In this document: positions 28,395-52,010 of the stretch, piece after piece
Position numbering within the stretch: the stretch's first letter is position 1
Layout: the number at the start of each line of letters is the position of its first letter
Origin: the human T2T-CHM13v2.0 reference genome, Homo sapiens
Reading direction: 5' to 3' (one strand)
Assembly: GCF_009914755.1 (NCBI RefSeq)
Contig: NC_060933.1
Length of the DNA: 64,000 bases
Translations under genes and position numbers: made by a program
Notes under the pieces: generated by a model
What the model saw: only the letters and a program-made list of their open reading frames with translations
Database searches by the model: none
What the model was told of the DNA's origin: nothing

Positions 28395-28860
28395 CTATTA
28401 ATTGTTCTACTTTGTGGACATAAAATATCTTTCCATTTATTTGTGTTTTCTTCCATTTTCTTTCATCAGTGTTTTATAGTTTTCAGTGTACAGTTCTTTC
28501 ACCTCCTTGGTTAAATTTACACCTAAGTATTTTATAAGTTTTTTGTTGCTATTGTAATTGGATTGCATTCTTTTTTTTTTTTTCTGCCTCCCAGGTTCAA
28601 GCGATTCTCCTGCTTCAGGCTCCCGAGTAGCTGGGATTACAGGCACCCGCCATCATGCCCGGCTAATTTTTTTTGTATTTTTTAGTAGAGACAGGGTTTC
28701 ACCATGTTGATCAGGCTGGTCACTCTAATTCCTGACCTCAGGTGATCTGCCCACCTCGGCCTCCCAAAGTGCTGGGATTACAGGCGTGACCGCCGTGCCC
28801 AGCCGGGATTGTATTCTTAATTTCCATTTTGGATAGCTCACTATCAGTTTATAGAAATGG
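28395..28860 (-). mobile_element. L1 ORF2 fragment containing an Alu
   Basis: TCTTTCACCTCCTTGGTTAAATTTACACCTAAGTATTT. Confidence 0.75.
28571..28804 (-). mobile_element. AluS lacking ~65 nt before the poly(A)
   Basis: Poly(T) joined directly to CTGCCTCCCAGGTTCAAGCG; TSD GGATTG(C/T)ATTCTT. Confidence 0.9.
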
Positions 28861-29801
28861 TAAATCACCCTTTGTGGATAAAGCATGGGTACTCAGCAAT
28901 TAGGAATAAACCCTTCAGCTAATGTCTAAGTTGCTTTCATTGTTACTTTATCTGTTTGATTTCTTGTCTAAAGTTTGATAATGGCAACTAACCCATTTTT
29001 AAGAGAAATTAAAATGGATAACATGCATGTGATATTCTGTGAAAATTGCATGACTTCTTTTAATTAATTTAAGGAAACTATAGATGTGTAGTTAGGGCTT
29101 TAAACCAAACTGGTGCAATTTATTTTCTGCTAAATTACAAAGTTATTTGATTGAACTGACAAGTAATATTGCTTTGTTTTATTTTTAATTCGTTACTGTG
29201 CAAATTCACATTTGGGGAATGGAAGATTATATAGGAAACCTTGAACCACCTTTAAATAACTATATTTTTATTTATTAAGCCACAAACAGTTTAGTTATGT
29301 TGTTATGAGCAAATATATTTACTATTTTTTCTCTGCAATAGGAATAGAGATTTCTTTTGCTCTTCTATCTCAACTGAAAAGCATATGTTTTCTGGATCAC
29401 TGCCATTGGCTCCTTCCATAGTATTTAATAAATATATGCATTTCATAGTGTTAGGCTTGTATAAATACACTACTAACTTCTCTTCACTATAAATGAACTT
29501 GAGCAACTCTCATATCTACAATTTCTAGCACCAGAAAAGTGACATTTTCCTTTAAGATGGGGAATAGGCCTTTTGAGGTCATGGTGGAGTCATATACTCC
29601 CTTTTATGACAATTATTAGCACCACGTGAGGGCAGAGAGGAATGTAAAAAAAGTATCATTTCAAGTTACTAAGCTACAACCTGCCACCACTGATGGCATG
29701 TCCACTTACAGCTCACGAGCCAGCTCTTCATCAATAAGTGCTGCTTTGCAGTGGTTTGTAATTGAATTGTATGATGTAAATGTGGAGACAGCCAATCATG
29801 A

Positions 29802-30924
29802 TGTTACAGGATCTTTGGGGTGTCGATTTTCTTGCCCAGAAACCTCTGTGGACAGTGGCATCTTTGCCTGAGTTCTTGTCCTGCATCCAGGAGGAATGAG
29901 GTACGCAGACAAAGGAATGGCGAAGAAGATTAAGAGGAGTTTTATTTAGTGTTAGAACAGCTCAGAGAAGACCCACAGTGGGTAGCTCCTCTCTGCAGGC
30001 AGGTCGTCCGGTGGAGTGTTCAGCTTTCAGCAGAGAGGAGGCCCTGGCGAGTGTGGCTCCTCTCTGCAGGCTGGTCATTTGGAGGTCTCTGCAGGTCTCT
30101 GAAGCTCTCAGTAGAGGGGAGAGTTCGTCTCTGCAGCTGGTCATCCCATCGTCTCTCTGTCCTCTGCCCTCTCTGGCAGAGCCCAGGGCTTTTATGGACC
30201 TCAGAAAGGAAGAAGTACCTGCCAACTGGTCCATGAGCAGCCATTGGCGGCCCAGAGGAGGGACAGATCCCCAGTCCTGTCCACAGGATTGGCAGTCTGG
30301 CTCCCAGCCTTCAGGCCCTCCCCGGCTTGAAGGTGGGGCTTTACTGGGGACCCATCCGCTTCTGCCCAGGACTCTCCCTCCCCCTGCCATTCAAGTCCCC
30401 AGGGCTCGACCAACCCTGTTGGGAGATTAAAGAGGGTGCCAGAAGAGGAGAGAGGCCAGGCAGTGAGAGCAGACATCCCGGAGCCAGCGGGGGGTGGCGG
30501 GTGCAGGCTGCCAAGATGCCAGGGTCCTGTGCCTGGGAGGGTGGCCTTAGTTGCACCCAGGGAGCTCCCACCCAGCCAACTCAGAAGGGGCGGGGCTTCT
30601 GCTTGTCTCCGTCTCCTGCCTGCTCCATGGAGCCGGAAGCCCAGGTCTGCAGCAGTGGGTTGGGTGGCTGCAGCTGTACCCAGGAGGGCAGATCCTGTCG
30701 GTTCCCAGCCCCCTCCAAGAGCACAGGGAAGCTTGGATCCACAGCTGCAGTTTGGGCTGGGCTACAGCCTGCTCCGTAGAGCAGGAGGCCTGGGTCTGCA
30801 GCCGCACCAGGGAACTCATACCCCAACTCAGAAGGGGTGGGGCTCCCACCAGCTTCATGGAGTATGCAGGCCCAGCCATGCCTCCCTGCTGTAGCCCGCA
30901 TGATGGCTGCAGCTGCTGCCATCA
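29802..30924 (-). mobile_element. MER52-type ERV1 solo LTR (~1.1 kb)
   Basis: TGTTACAGGATC...GCTGCTGCCATCA termini (reverse complement of the 12515 element ends); 4-bp TSD ATGA (29798-801 / 30925-28). Confidence 0.88.
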
Positions 30925-30928
30925 ATGA

Positions 30929-32405
<1,477 letters not shown>

Positions 32406-32858
32406 AAATTACCGAACTGCTAAATATGTGTATCACTCTAGGAAATGAAAGACACCTCTTCAACTGCTTTTGTGTCTTGACTTTTTTCCCAAAGGAAGAC
32501 CTATATTTTGCTTCATTTCTTTCTACTCTACATTTCTTTTTACTCTGCTTGCATTTAGTTTAAAAGAAAAAGCTCTCTGTTGGTGATTTCTAATCTATTT
32601 TAAAGTAAATAATTGTACTGTCCAATTAGAGACTGAGATAACTCATGAATTATCACACAGGTTGTTCTCCTGTACAATATATATGATTTTGAGTACTAAT
32701 ATTACACAGTGAATTCAGAATTGTGTGTATGTACATACATACCATAGTCTTATAAATAACTTCAACTTGCAATAATTAACTTGCAGTTAATTCTTACAGT
32801 AGTATGAGTTTGGGCCTCTTAAAAAAAGAACTAAAACCAACTCCCTGCCTGAGAATAG

Positions 32859-32860
<2 letters not shown>

Positions 32861-32892
<32 letters not shown>
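32861..32892. repeat. (AC)16 microsatellite
   Basis: Direct reading. Confidence 0.98.
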
Positions 32893-32893
<1 letters not shown>

Positions 32894-33039
32894 AAATTGA
32901 ATAATCTTGTTTTCTCGCTTACAATTGTGGGCATTCATTTATGGAATTCTTGGCAGCTATGTTAGCATAAAACCCCACCTATAATTATCATTCATATTAG
33001 AATAATATTTCACAAATGTGGTCAGTATTGTCTTCTGCA

Positions 33040-33325
33040 ACATTACAGTTAGTTGGTGGAATAAGTTCTAGTGTTGTACAGCACTATAGGGTAACCACAG
33101 TAAACAACAGTGTGTTGTCTTTTTTTTCAGATACCTGGGAGAGAGGATTTTTCATGTTACCAACACAAAGAAATGATAAAGGTTTGAGGTCATGGGCATG
33201 CTAATTACCCTGATTTGATCATTATACATTTTATACATCTACTGAAATATCCCACTGTACCCCATAAATATGTACAATTATTATGTGTCAAGTAAAATAT
33301 GAATATATATAGTAAATAAATAAAT
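33040..33325 (+). mobile_element. L1MA 3' UTR fragment
   Basis: GGAATAAGTTCTAGTGTT...GCTAATTACCCTGATTTGATCATTATACATT. Confidence 0.8.
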
Positions 33326-33508
33326 GAAGTAATTTGCCATTACTTAACATTTCATTAAATGTATGTTTCCAAAATTATATTTGTTCTTGAGACCTTTTGA
33401 GTGATCACAGTTTCTGCTATTCTCCATAAGGCCTCAGTTTGACAGGGTGATGAAATCTTGAATAAAACACAAAGGAATGTGTTTGTATTTGCAGTGCTTC
33501 CCTTGCAG

Positions 33509-33803
<295 letters not shown>

Positions 33804-34597
33804 TAAGGAATGCGACAATTCTAGTCACTTGAAAGTGAACTATATCTGTCGAGAATTCCTAGTTTTAATTGGGAAGAAATGCGCTTCTCTTCTTGAAAAG
33901 CCACAGGTTATTGTTGTTATGTCTAATATCAGTCCTCTCTGGATTTCTCAAAAGATTTTCTGTATATCCTACCATTTTCCTTCTGTTGCTGCAGTTTGGA
34001 AGTAGTTTGTTATCAGGATTATCAAAGCATCATTGCTATTTATGACAATGACTTTAAGAAATGCAAGAATATTTGGAACACTGTAGAAAAAATATTTTAG
34101 CCTGGAAGGCAAATACTAATTTCAGGAACCATTGATCTGTTATAAAACAGGACCACTCAGACATTTAGCTCTAAGACTTTCACATATCCGTTGTTAGAGG
34201 CGTATAGTGGGGGGCATGACTCAGCTTCTGCTTAAGTACAAGGTGTTGTCTGCAGCGAAGGAAGAATTTGATTGTAGTATCAACAGAACCAGACAGAACT
34301 CTTTGAATATAATTATATATCTTGGAAACTGACTCATCAAAGCTATTAGATTACATGGCATCATTTAAGCATCACTGGGCTCTGTACTTTTCATTATCTG
34401 TACTTTTCATTATGGAGTATAATAGGCTTTATTTGGTACAGAAATTGGGTCTAAGATGAAACAACTTGTGATTTTTGAATAAACTTTTGGGGATTAGTTA
34501 CTTTGATGTTGTCAAGATAGCACCATAGTAAGTCCTCTGTCTTTCCTCTTGATTTATTTATAATTTAGAATCAGTTTATGATTTTAAAAAATGTGAC

Positions 34598-34722
34598 AGA
34601 CACAGTGGCATGCACCAGTAGTACCAGCCACATGGGAAACTGAGGCAGAAGGATCACTTGATCCCAGAAGATAGAGACCACCCTGGGCAACATAGTGAGA
34701 GCCCCATCTCAAAAAAAAAAAA
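34598..34722 (+). mobile_element. FLAM/AluJ monomer, degenerate
   Basis: GAGGCAGAAGGATCACTTGA...CTGGGCAACATAGTGAGAGCCCCATCTC followed by an A tail. Confidence 0.8.
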
Positions 34723-35013
34723 TCAATTCCCAATACCATTCCAGAACACTTTTAATATAACCAGATGAAATTGTGATCACTACTTTACTGTAATGTTTAA
34801 AATGGTCCTCAGTCCATATTTAAGTACAATCTTAGTGTTTCTGTGCAACCTAATATATTAGAAACAAAAATTGTATTGCATTTGAATAGGAAATACTCTG
34901 AATTGAGGGTTATTTCTTTTAACAGTTGCAATTAGATTGGTTAGTGACAATTATCTGTAATTTTCAGGCAATGCCTAGGCAAGTGCCCAAGGCACAGTAG
35001 CCTCCTCCTTGCC

Positions 35014-35016
<3 letters not shown>

Positions 35017-35072
<56 letters not shown>
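35017..35072. repeat. (GT)28 microsatellite
   Basis: Direct reading. Confidence 0.98.
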
Positions 35073-35074
<2 letters not shown>

Positions 35075-36515
35075 GGTGGTAACATTTCTGGGAATTTGTC
35101 TTAACATAAAATGATACCACCTTTCACAAAACGACCTAGAGGAAGTTGGAAATCCCACTATCCTGGCTTCCTGCTGAGCAATATCTGCTTCTCTTTCTGA
35201 CTCAGGCTGATGCATCTGTATACTTAGCTTCACTTCTCCAGTAAATAAGGGAGAGCTTTATTATAAAAGACAACTTCTATTGATTTTCAAGGGGGTGGGT
35301 GGTTGTCAAGCTCACTCCTTTCTATGCACTGAGGGAAAATTATTGTAAGCGATCTGTAAAACAATAGATGAAAAAAGAGGAGATAAAAATTAAATAAAAT
35401 TTAAATAAAAACTAGGATCCTAAGTGGAAAAATAGCTTTAAATTAGAAATTGATACCAAAAAATAATGATATGTAATCTAAGGTGAAAATATTTTGAAGA
35501 CTATCACGATATCTCCCTTAAATGTTATTTAGTTCTGAAAAATATGTATTGAAGAACTGTTATATTTTACTTTATGTCATATTAAGTGTGGTAAAATTAA
35601 AGAGAAACAAGTAGATAAAAGTAAAGATTGTATTATTATTTTATCACTCAGGTTATTTCAAGACTGGAGACATTCTTTAAATAAACCTAAATTATGACTC
35701 CTTGCACTTAAGTTTTGCTAACATAAAAAGTATGTATGATTTCAGAGATTTCTGCATATTTTGGAATGAGCTCTTCAGTTGCTTGTAATTTCCAAGAAGA
35801 TTACCCATTTTACCCCTTAACTAAAACCCCTGTTCCTTTACTGCCTTGCTGCTTCACTTCATGGGGATATGTCACTGACCAGAGGAAAGATCACATTGAA
35901 TTTCTGAGCCACGCTGTTTTGTATGGTTAAAATAAGATGCTCAAAGTATGATTTCACAAATCACATGGTTATTGCCATGCAAGGAGAATTTGTTTTCTTA
36001 AGTTCACAATGCTCAAAAAGGAGAAGAATAATGTGAACAAATCTACAGGGAATACACTCAAAAGATGAGGCACATTAACCACAGAGGGAGTGAGTTCCAA
36101 ATATTAAAGTCTAGTTCCTGAAGTAGAAATGGAAGCAGGCCTCTGTGGAAAGGCAAATCGAATGAAAGTTTGAGGTGCACCTTTTTTTCAAGCGAATTCT
36201 CTGGAGAGATGGTGTCTTGACACCATGGAGATCCTCAAAGACACCTGGGGTCCCTTGACACCAGTGGGTGGTGCCAGTGATGCAGGCGAGGCTTCAAAGC
36301 TCAGCTGCTGACAGGGTGGGGCTCTGTTGCTGCATGAGTTCAGTCTTCCAAGAATTGACTGGCAGGGCAACCCTGTCACAGAATATGCTCTCCATTTTTG
36401 GAGAAGTGGCTGAGACTTACTGAAGTTCTCAAAGTGTTCATCGAGCTCTTATGTTTATATGTATTTTGAAATCCAGTGGTTGAGGTCAGTAACTCACATA
36501 TGATGGGTCTGATGA

Positions 36516-36838
<323 letters not shown>

Positions 36839-38115
36839 GACATCGCATTCTTGAGGGCTGGAGGGAGTACGGTCTAAGTTCTTGTTACAGCAAAACGTAG
36901 CAAACTATGCAAGTCTTTGGAATAATTCCAAAACTACATAATAGACATGAGCTCCAAGCTTACTGATTTATGTGTGTGCCTTCTCTGAGGAATATCTTTT
37001 GGTTATCCTTGTGCAACATGGCAAATATTTTTTAAAGTGAATGAGAGTTAATGAGAAAATTAAATTATAAAAATATTATGGCAATGAGGTGGATCATGGC
37101 AGTGTTCAAGCTACACATAAAAAAATGACATGCCCTCCAACTTTCATTCTCTTATTTTTCAGTAATATTCAAAATATTTATTGCAAAAGTTACCATTTCA
37201 ATGATGAAATTAAGATGCCTTTCAGTTCAAGTTTGGCAATTTTACATATTTCATGTGAAACTCTGATTCGAAATGTTGCTGGGGGTCTTTAGTATTGCAT
37301 ATGAATAATAAAAATCAAATTTGCTATTTATATTGAAATAAGATATACAGTATTTTATATGGCAAATGTTTCTCTTCCTTTTAAGAGAAGAAGAGAAATA
37401 TTAAGGTGGTTATTACTCAAGTGAATCCTACTTAAAAGTAACTTTCTAATAGTTGAGAAGTCACTTATGCATACCTACGTGAGGAAGAAAGTTGAATTGA
37501 CTGTCATTCATTCAGCCCAGTGGGACATCAAACTCTCCAAACCTTTCACAGTAGGAAAACAAAGCCAGGCCTCCTTAACTATGCTACATGGCAAGTCAAA
37601 ACATGAACATAATATCTGAAAAAGCCTGAAAAACATCTCTGGCTAACTAGATCTCATTGCAGGCAGTGAGAGAGTGGTGGCAAATGTGAACATGTCTGTG
37701 TGGGGTGGTGGCAGGGGAATTGGAATGTACGAATCCAAGGAAAACTGACTCTTGGCAAATTACTTGTTTTGGTGCTCCTCTTCATTTTTTTTATTATGGT
37801 AGAAGACTTTGTATACAAATTTCTCACTGTACATAAAACAAGTTCTTCAGTTATTGCATTTCTGCAATATATTAAAATACATGAGAAAATCACATTAAAA
37901 AGAGGCATGATTATAGAAACAAAATGTTATTGCAATACGATATCAACTTATAATTCATAATTATATTTGTAAATATCAAATTATAAGTAATTTATGAGAA
38001 ATTAGAGCCAAAGCTTTTCATACTTACTTTAGTGTTTTTCTAAAGGAAATACATGGTGAAAGAACTGTAGAGAAGACATAGCTTATGATTAATCCATTTG
38101 TCTTGATACTTAACA

Positions 38116-38401
38116 CAGTATTGGTGGTGCATTGGTTCCAGGACTCCCTGGGGATACCAAAACCCATGGATGCTTGAGTTCCTTATGTAAATGATGAAGT
38201 ATTTGCATGTAACCCACACTTACACTCTCTCTTTAAATAATCTCTAGATTACTTATAATTCCCAGTGCAATGTAAACACTATATAAATCGTTGTTTTACA
38301 TACTGTTTTAAAATTTGTGTTATTTTTAATTTTTGAAGATACTTTATCCATGATTGGATGAATCCATGGATGCAAAACCTATGGATAGGAAGGGCTGACT
38401 G
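38116..38401 (+). mobile_element. MER2 (TcMar-Tigger) non-autonomous DNA transposon
   Basis: ATTGGTTCCAGGAC...GGATACCAAAACCCATGGATGC...GAAGGGCTGACTG followed by TA. Confidence 0.85.
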
Positions 38402-40242
38402 TAACTGAGCTCAGAGATTCTGGAAAAGCACTTAAGTAATCAATATTCCAGGAAAGGGGACTTAAAAAGTATCCTTGACTCTACATGAGAAGTTTTAAAT
38501 ACAGTTTTTTTTTTCCTTTTTAGGGAGTTTGCAGGTCAGGTACAGGCTAGACTGACATCAAGATTCTGATTCCTTTTACTTTGATTTAAAAAACTTAGCT
38601 GATAGCAGTTTCACCATTTTAGAATGAACATGAAAGAAGCAATTGTAGAGGTAACGCATTAATTAAAATTATGACTTTCTAGCATCAATGACTTTACACA
38701 AACATTTGATAATAAATGACTGGGAAAAAATGCCCAACCAATGATATACATACATATATATATATGTATGTATAAGTAAGAAGTGAAGTCAAATATAATT
38801 ACAGCGTTTTGTTTGGTTTTGCTTTTGTTCTTTGCTTTGCTTTTGTTTAACAATGAGAATCTATCCAAGCTATTATTAACATTTGATTACTTAGATGCCA
38901 AGTTTTGCTTTTAGTTCATAAGGAAACATAGTCGATTTTATCACTGGATACTACTGGTAGAAACTTTGAATTGATATTTCGGTGAAAACCTATTTTCATT
39001 GAATTGTCAAACCACAAATGCTATATATAATAGCAATTTAGAACAAGAAAAACAACCTGATTTTGATTAAAATGAGGATACATAATGAAAAGTCACCACA
39101 AAATAAACTTTACTCTGTTACTGGCTTTTGAAGAAAATCATTTAGATATTAAATCTATAGATAGAACATTTCTCTGCCTCATGTAATATTTTATTCTTAG
39201 TTAAAAGTTTTGAGGTATAAAGTAATGCATTGTATTTCTTTGTAGATCCTCCCAGTTATAGATATCCTATGAAGCAAAGTAAATTGGGAAAGGAGATAAC
39301 AGGTGGAGTGGCAGCTTTTGGCATTCTATAAGTTGGTTAAAAATATTTTCCTCTTAGTATATAAATCTTGGAATTGATCTCTTAATCTTTTTGGTAGCAC
39401 TAACAGGTGGTTTATTTTATGATTTTTTTCCCTTGGTTTTCCTTTGCTTCCTGTCTTTTTATCACAAAGTTACTCTTCATTTGAATGCTTCTATTGGAAC
39501 AAATTGCTAGGTTAACAGAATGCAAGGAGACAAGTCATCCTGTCAGGTACAGAATTCATTCAGTGCTGTCAAATTTCTTGTATTGGGGAAAATTTTAGGT
39601 AGGTGGAAGAAAAACCTTTCCCTTCACATAACAGATCAAAAGTGTCATGTCACAAGCATGAGAACCATTTGTCATGCTGAAAGAAACTTCTTTTCTTAAG
39701 TTTATGAATAATTACATCATGAGTGACAATCAAGATAAAAACTGTACTTTTATCTAAGTGCACATGTAATCATGAGTAAAGTGCTTCCTGAAAGACGAGC
39801 AAGAATATTGCTTCAAAAATAATCTTACATTTATCTGTCTCACTTAGCAATCAAGCACAATGAAATGTGTTATTCTTCTAATAATTCAGGCAAGAAAAAA
39901 TGTGATCAAAGTATGTGTAAAATTCATAGCTTCTGTCTGTGTCTTCATCGGTGGTCAACCCAGAAACTTTCACTTAATGAGACAACTAAGATTAAGTTTG
40001 GAATAAAAGAACGGTATGAATTAATTTTAGAATGCTATATTATTTGTCTTCTGACTTATGAACTGTATGAATTAATTTTAAAATGCTATATTATTTGTCT
40101 TCTGCCTTCATTTAATTCTTATGGAATTTGAATTTTTCATAAAAAATGGTTCTGAGCAAGTGCTGCAGTGGATACAAGATAACTGGATCCTAGCACTGGC
40201 TCTTCCATTTACAAGTTGCACCATAGACTGTGACAAGGTATC

Positions 40243-42894
<2,652 letters not shown>

Positions 42895-43119
42895 GCAACT
42901 ATTCTTCTGTGTCTGTTTTTTCATCTGTAAAATTGAGGAGATTGGAATAAATGATCCCTCTATATCCCTTCTACTTTTGATGCTTTATGAATCCAGGTTA
43001 AAGTGTGTGGTACAATTTAAGAAGGCTCCTTTTAATATTTGTATATCCATTAAGGACTCTTAGCTCAGATCTTCAGTATTATTCAATGACTCTCTTTCTC
43101 TCTTCCTCCTTCTCTCTCT

Positions 43120-43460
43120 TTACCCTCATTCAGATCAACATATAGAACATTTCCATTACCTAGGAAGTTTCCTGTGTCCTTTCCAAAACAATCTCTTATC
43201 ACCATTGATTAGTTTTGCCTTTTCTTGAACATATAAATGGAATCATACAGTATGTCATCTTGTGTCTTGCTCATTTTCCTTAGCAAAATGTTTTGATATT
43301 CCTCCAATTTTTGGTAGATATTTTTAGTTCATTCCTTTCCACTGTTATGTACTCTTCCATTATATGAATGGAATTCATACAATGGATTTGTTTATCCATT
43401 CTTTTATTGATGAATTTTTGGGTAATTTCCAATTGTTGGCTATGAATCTCCTGTATTAGC
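43120..43460 (-). mobile_element. L1ME 3' fragment
   Basis: TAGTTTTGCCTTTTCTTGAACATATAAATGGAATCATACAGTATG. Confidence 0.7.
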
Positions 43461-45616
43461 TTTGCAGCTGTAATGAAACTTTTAGTCATTTCCCTCAAGA
43501 TCACAATATGTTCTCTTAAGTTATTAGTACTTTGGCCACTTCCCAAAGAATGCAAGATCCTTACAAGTTTACTTCCATGTATTTGTGTATCTCTCACCCT
43601 TGTGCCATTGTTGTAATACACTTTTTTATTGCATTTTATATTTCTACAAGATATTATTATTATTGTAGTTTTAAAAAGCTTTCATTACTATTTACTCATG
43701 TTTGCCCTTTCTCTGCACTTCATTTATTCTTGCATTCCCCCCTGCTGCTTTTGTTTTCTAGTTTTTGATTGCCAATAAGAGCTACAGAAAATCATGAAAT
43801 ATTTCTTTTGTTTCTATATTTAATGTTTAATTGTTTTTGTGCTTATTGTTAGTAACTTTTTGAAACACCTTTCATTCCTTTAAGTAGAGAGGCTCTTCAG
43901 CCAAATTTTTATTCCTTAATATTTCCTTTTTCTTCCAGACATTTTGTTGTTGATGAGAGCAGAAAAGATTTCCCTTTTTGGAAAACATTATCAAGCAAAA
44001 TATTTTATGGGCCAATGCTTCCATAACCTGAAACAATTGAAAGAATTCTGGATTGAAATGATAGAAATTGTATTGGTTTCTGGATTTCTTGCTGTAGATT
44101 TTTTAAGAGAAAAAATGTATTAAATCTGTTTTTGAAGTGACTAAACAACTCTACTAAAAATTGTCATGCAAGTGAAAATTGTCCTCAGCTTCTTAGGCTA
44201 CCATGTGACATTTACTTCACTACTTAGCTTCACCCAAATCACGCTTTTCCCATCCCTTTCTTGCCTGAGATGCTTAATGTTTTTTCTCCTTTTTTTCTGT
44301 CAAAACCAAAGTGTATTTGTTTTTCCATGCTAAGAGTTGATAAAATATTGTCCCACTGAGGCATAAATTAGTAAGAAAATGCCAACTATTAGTTCTCCCA
44401 GTTGGTTTTATTTTTTTCATTACATTTTAGTAGGAAAAATAGGTTTTAAGTTAAAAGAAAGGAACCCAAAGATGGAGTTTCAAGACATCCAATAGGAAAG
44501 ACAGATAGAAATACATTTCTGTATATAGATATGTGTACATATGTTTATACATATAAATATATAGATATGTGTGTATGTACATATTTCTGTATGAGTCATG
44601 GTCCAGGTGTAATTTAAAACTATTTATGGAAATATTACATAAAGCACATTTATTTATTAAAAAGAAGGATTTCCATAGTGGAGTATAAAGTTCTTTAAAC
44701 AGTTAATAGGAAGACTAGTCAGGACAGAATTAGAAAAATGTATGTGAACCATCTCCAAGATATGAGAGAATTACGTGCCAGGTGTACCATGAAACAAATT
44801 ATATTAGTGTTCAATATTGCATATAAGAGTATAACATAATTATGAATATAAAATATATATTATAAATAGAATGTCATTTACCAAGGTTTTCCACCTTAAA
44901 TAATACCGTTTTTTAATCTTAAAACATACATTGTAATAAGAGTTATGATGTTAAGAATTCTAAGTATAGCATGACAAAACGCTTCTATTATTTTCTTTAA
45001 AATATATATAAAAAACTTTTGCTGCTTTTTGGTGGATAATAACCCACACACATGTACACACACACACATGCATCCCCATTACCTTTTAATGGAACAAGGC
45101 AAGTCCTTTAATGGGGACACATGCATCCCTATTACCTTTTAACGGGACAGTCACCATTAAAAATGTCTGCAGTTATGTATTTCTAAAATCAGCTCTGTGG
45201 GTAAGAAATTTAATGTAGCTGCCGATTCTGTGCGGTTCTGGGGAAATAATAGTTTAAAATCTTCTAATTTGACTCTAATTTCACTTCTAACTCCAACCTG
45301 TGCTCCTGAAGCAAGACGTTTTTGGACCGTCAGCAGGCAGATGAAGGCCTGAGAGTGGTAGGAGAGCTATTGTGGGCTTTCCTACCTCAGGGCTAGAGGA
45401 GGGCTTGGAGACCGGCAAAGGAAAAGATGGACCATTTCAAGTCTCAGAGCAAAAATACTAAGAGACAAAGATGGGATGGAAAATAAAAGTGACGTGGTAA
45501 TCGATAGAGGAAATTTACACAAATCTAAAAATTCTGAAAAAGAAAAAGAAGCAGAGACAATAAATATGCATCCAAAGAGAAGAAAACTCTGAGCAAATTA
45601 AAAATGTGAGCTGCAC

Positions 45617-50770
<5,154 letters not shown>

Positions 50771-50967
50771 TGAAGTCATTCTCTGGAATAATTTTAGATT
50801 TACATAGAGTTGCAAAGATGGTAAAGACAGTTTCTATACACTCTTCACTTAGTTTCTTCTGATGTTAACCTCTTACGTTACCATGGCACATTTATTAAAA
50901 ATAAGAAATTAACATTGTACAATACTATTACCTAAATGACAGGCTATATTTAACCAGTTTTTCATTC

Positions 50968-51252
50968 TTGAGAGGAAGTCTTACTCTAATGCCTAGGCTG
51001 GAGTGCAGTGGTGCGATCTTGGCTCACTGTAACCTCAACCTCCTGGTTTCAAGTGATTTTCATTCCTCAGCCACCCGAGCAGCTGGGATGACAGGTGCCC
51101 AACACCACATCCGGCTAATTTTTGCATTTTTATTAGAGATGGGATTTCACCATGCTGGCCAGGCTGGTCTCAGACTCCTGACCTCAGGTGATCCACCTGC
51201 CTTGGCCTCCCAAAGTGCTGGGATTACAGGAGTGAGCCACCGTGCCCGGCCC
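50968..51252 (-). mobile_element. AluS
   Basis: Full Alu, minus strand. Confidence 0.92.
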
Positions 51253-51703
51253 ACATTTCACCAGTTTGTTTTTGTTTTTGTTTTTAACTAATTTCTTCTC
51301 TTTGTTCCCAGGTACCATCAAGGATCTCATATTGTGTTTAGTCTTCATGTCTCCTTAGTCGACTTCAATTAGGGACAATCTCTCTGTCTTTCCTAGCTTT
51401 GACACTTTGAAGACCACTGACCAGATATTTTTTAGAATGTGCATCAAATGATTTGGGTTCATCTGATGTTTTCTCTTGATTAAAGTGGGGTTGTAAATTT
51501 TGAGGAAGAATTTCACATAGTTGAAGTGACCTTCCCATTGTGTCACGGTGGTGTGAGGTAGCCATATGACTTTTCATTGTTGATGTTAATCTTGATTACT
51601 TGGCTATGTTGGTGACTTGATGGTTCCCTCCACTACAAAATTACAGTTTTTACTTTTCCATATTCCATTTCTTAAAAGTCAGTCATTAAGACCAACCTGC
51701 AAG

Positions 51704-52010
51704 ACTGGGCACAGTGGCTCATGTCTGTAATTCCAGGACTTTGAGAGACCAAGGTGGGCAGATTGCTTGAGCCCAGAAGTTCAAAACCAGCCTGGACAAC
51801 ATGGTGAAACCCCATCTCTACAAAGGTACAAAAATTAGCCAGGTGTGGTGGAGTGCACCTGTAGTCTCAGCAATGTGGGAGGCTGAGGTGGGAGGATCAC
51901 TTGAGTCTGGGATGTTGGGGTTGCAGTGAGCTGTGATTGTGCCAATGCACTTCGGCCTGGATGACAGAGGAAGACCTTATCTCAAAAACAAAAACCCAAA
52001 CCACAAAAAC
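51704..52010 (+). mobile_element. AluJ
   Basis: GATTGCTTGAGCCCAG and GGAGGATCACTTGAG diagnostics; TSD AAGAC(C/T)AAC(C/T)TGCAAG. Confidence 0.92.

Noticed and set aside
39246-39302. Possible small exon after TTTCTTTGTAG
   Set aside because: Donor sites are weak or ambiguous; cannot be supported without transcript data
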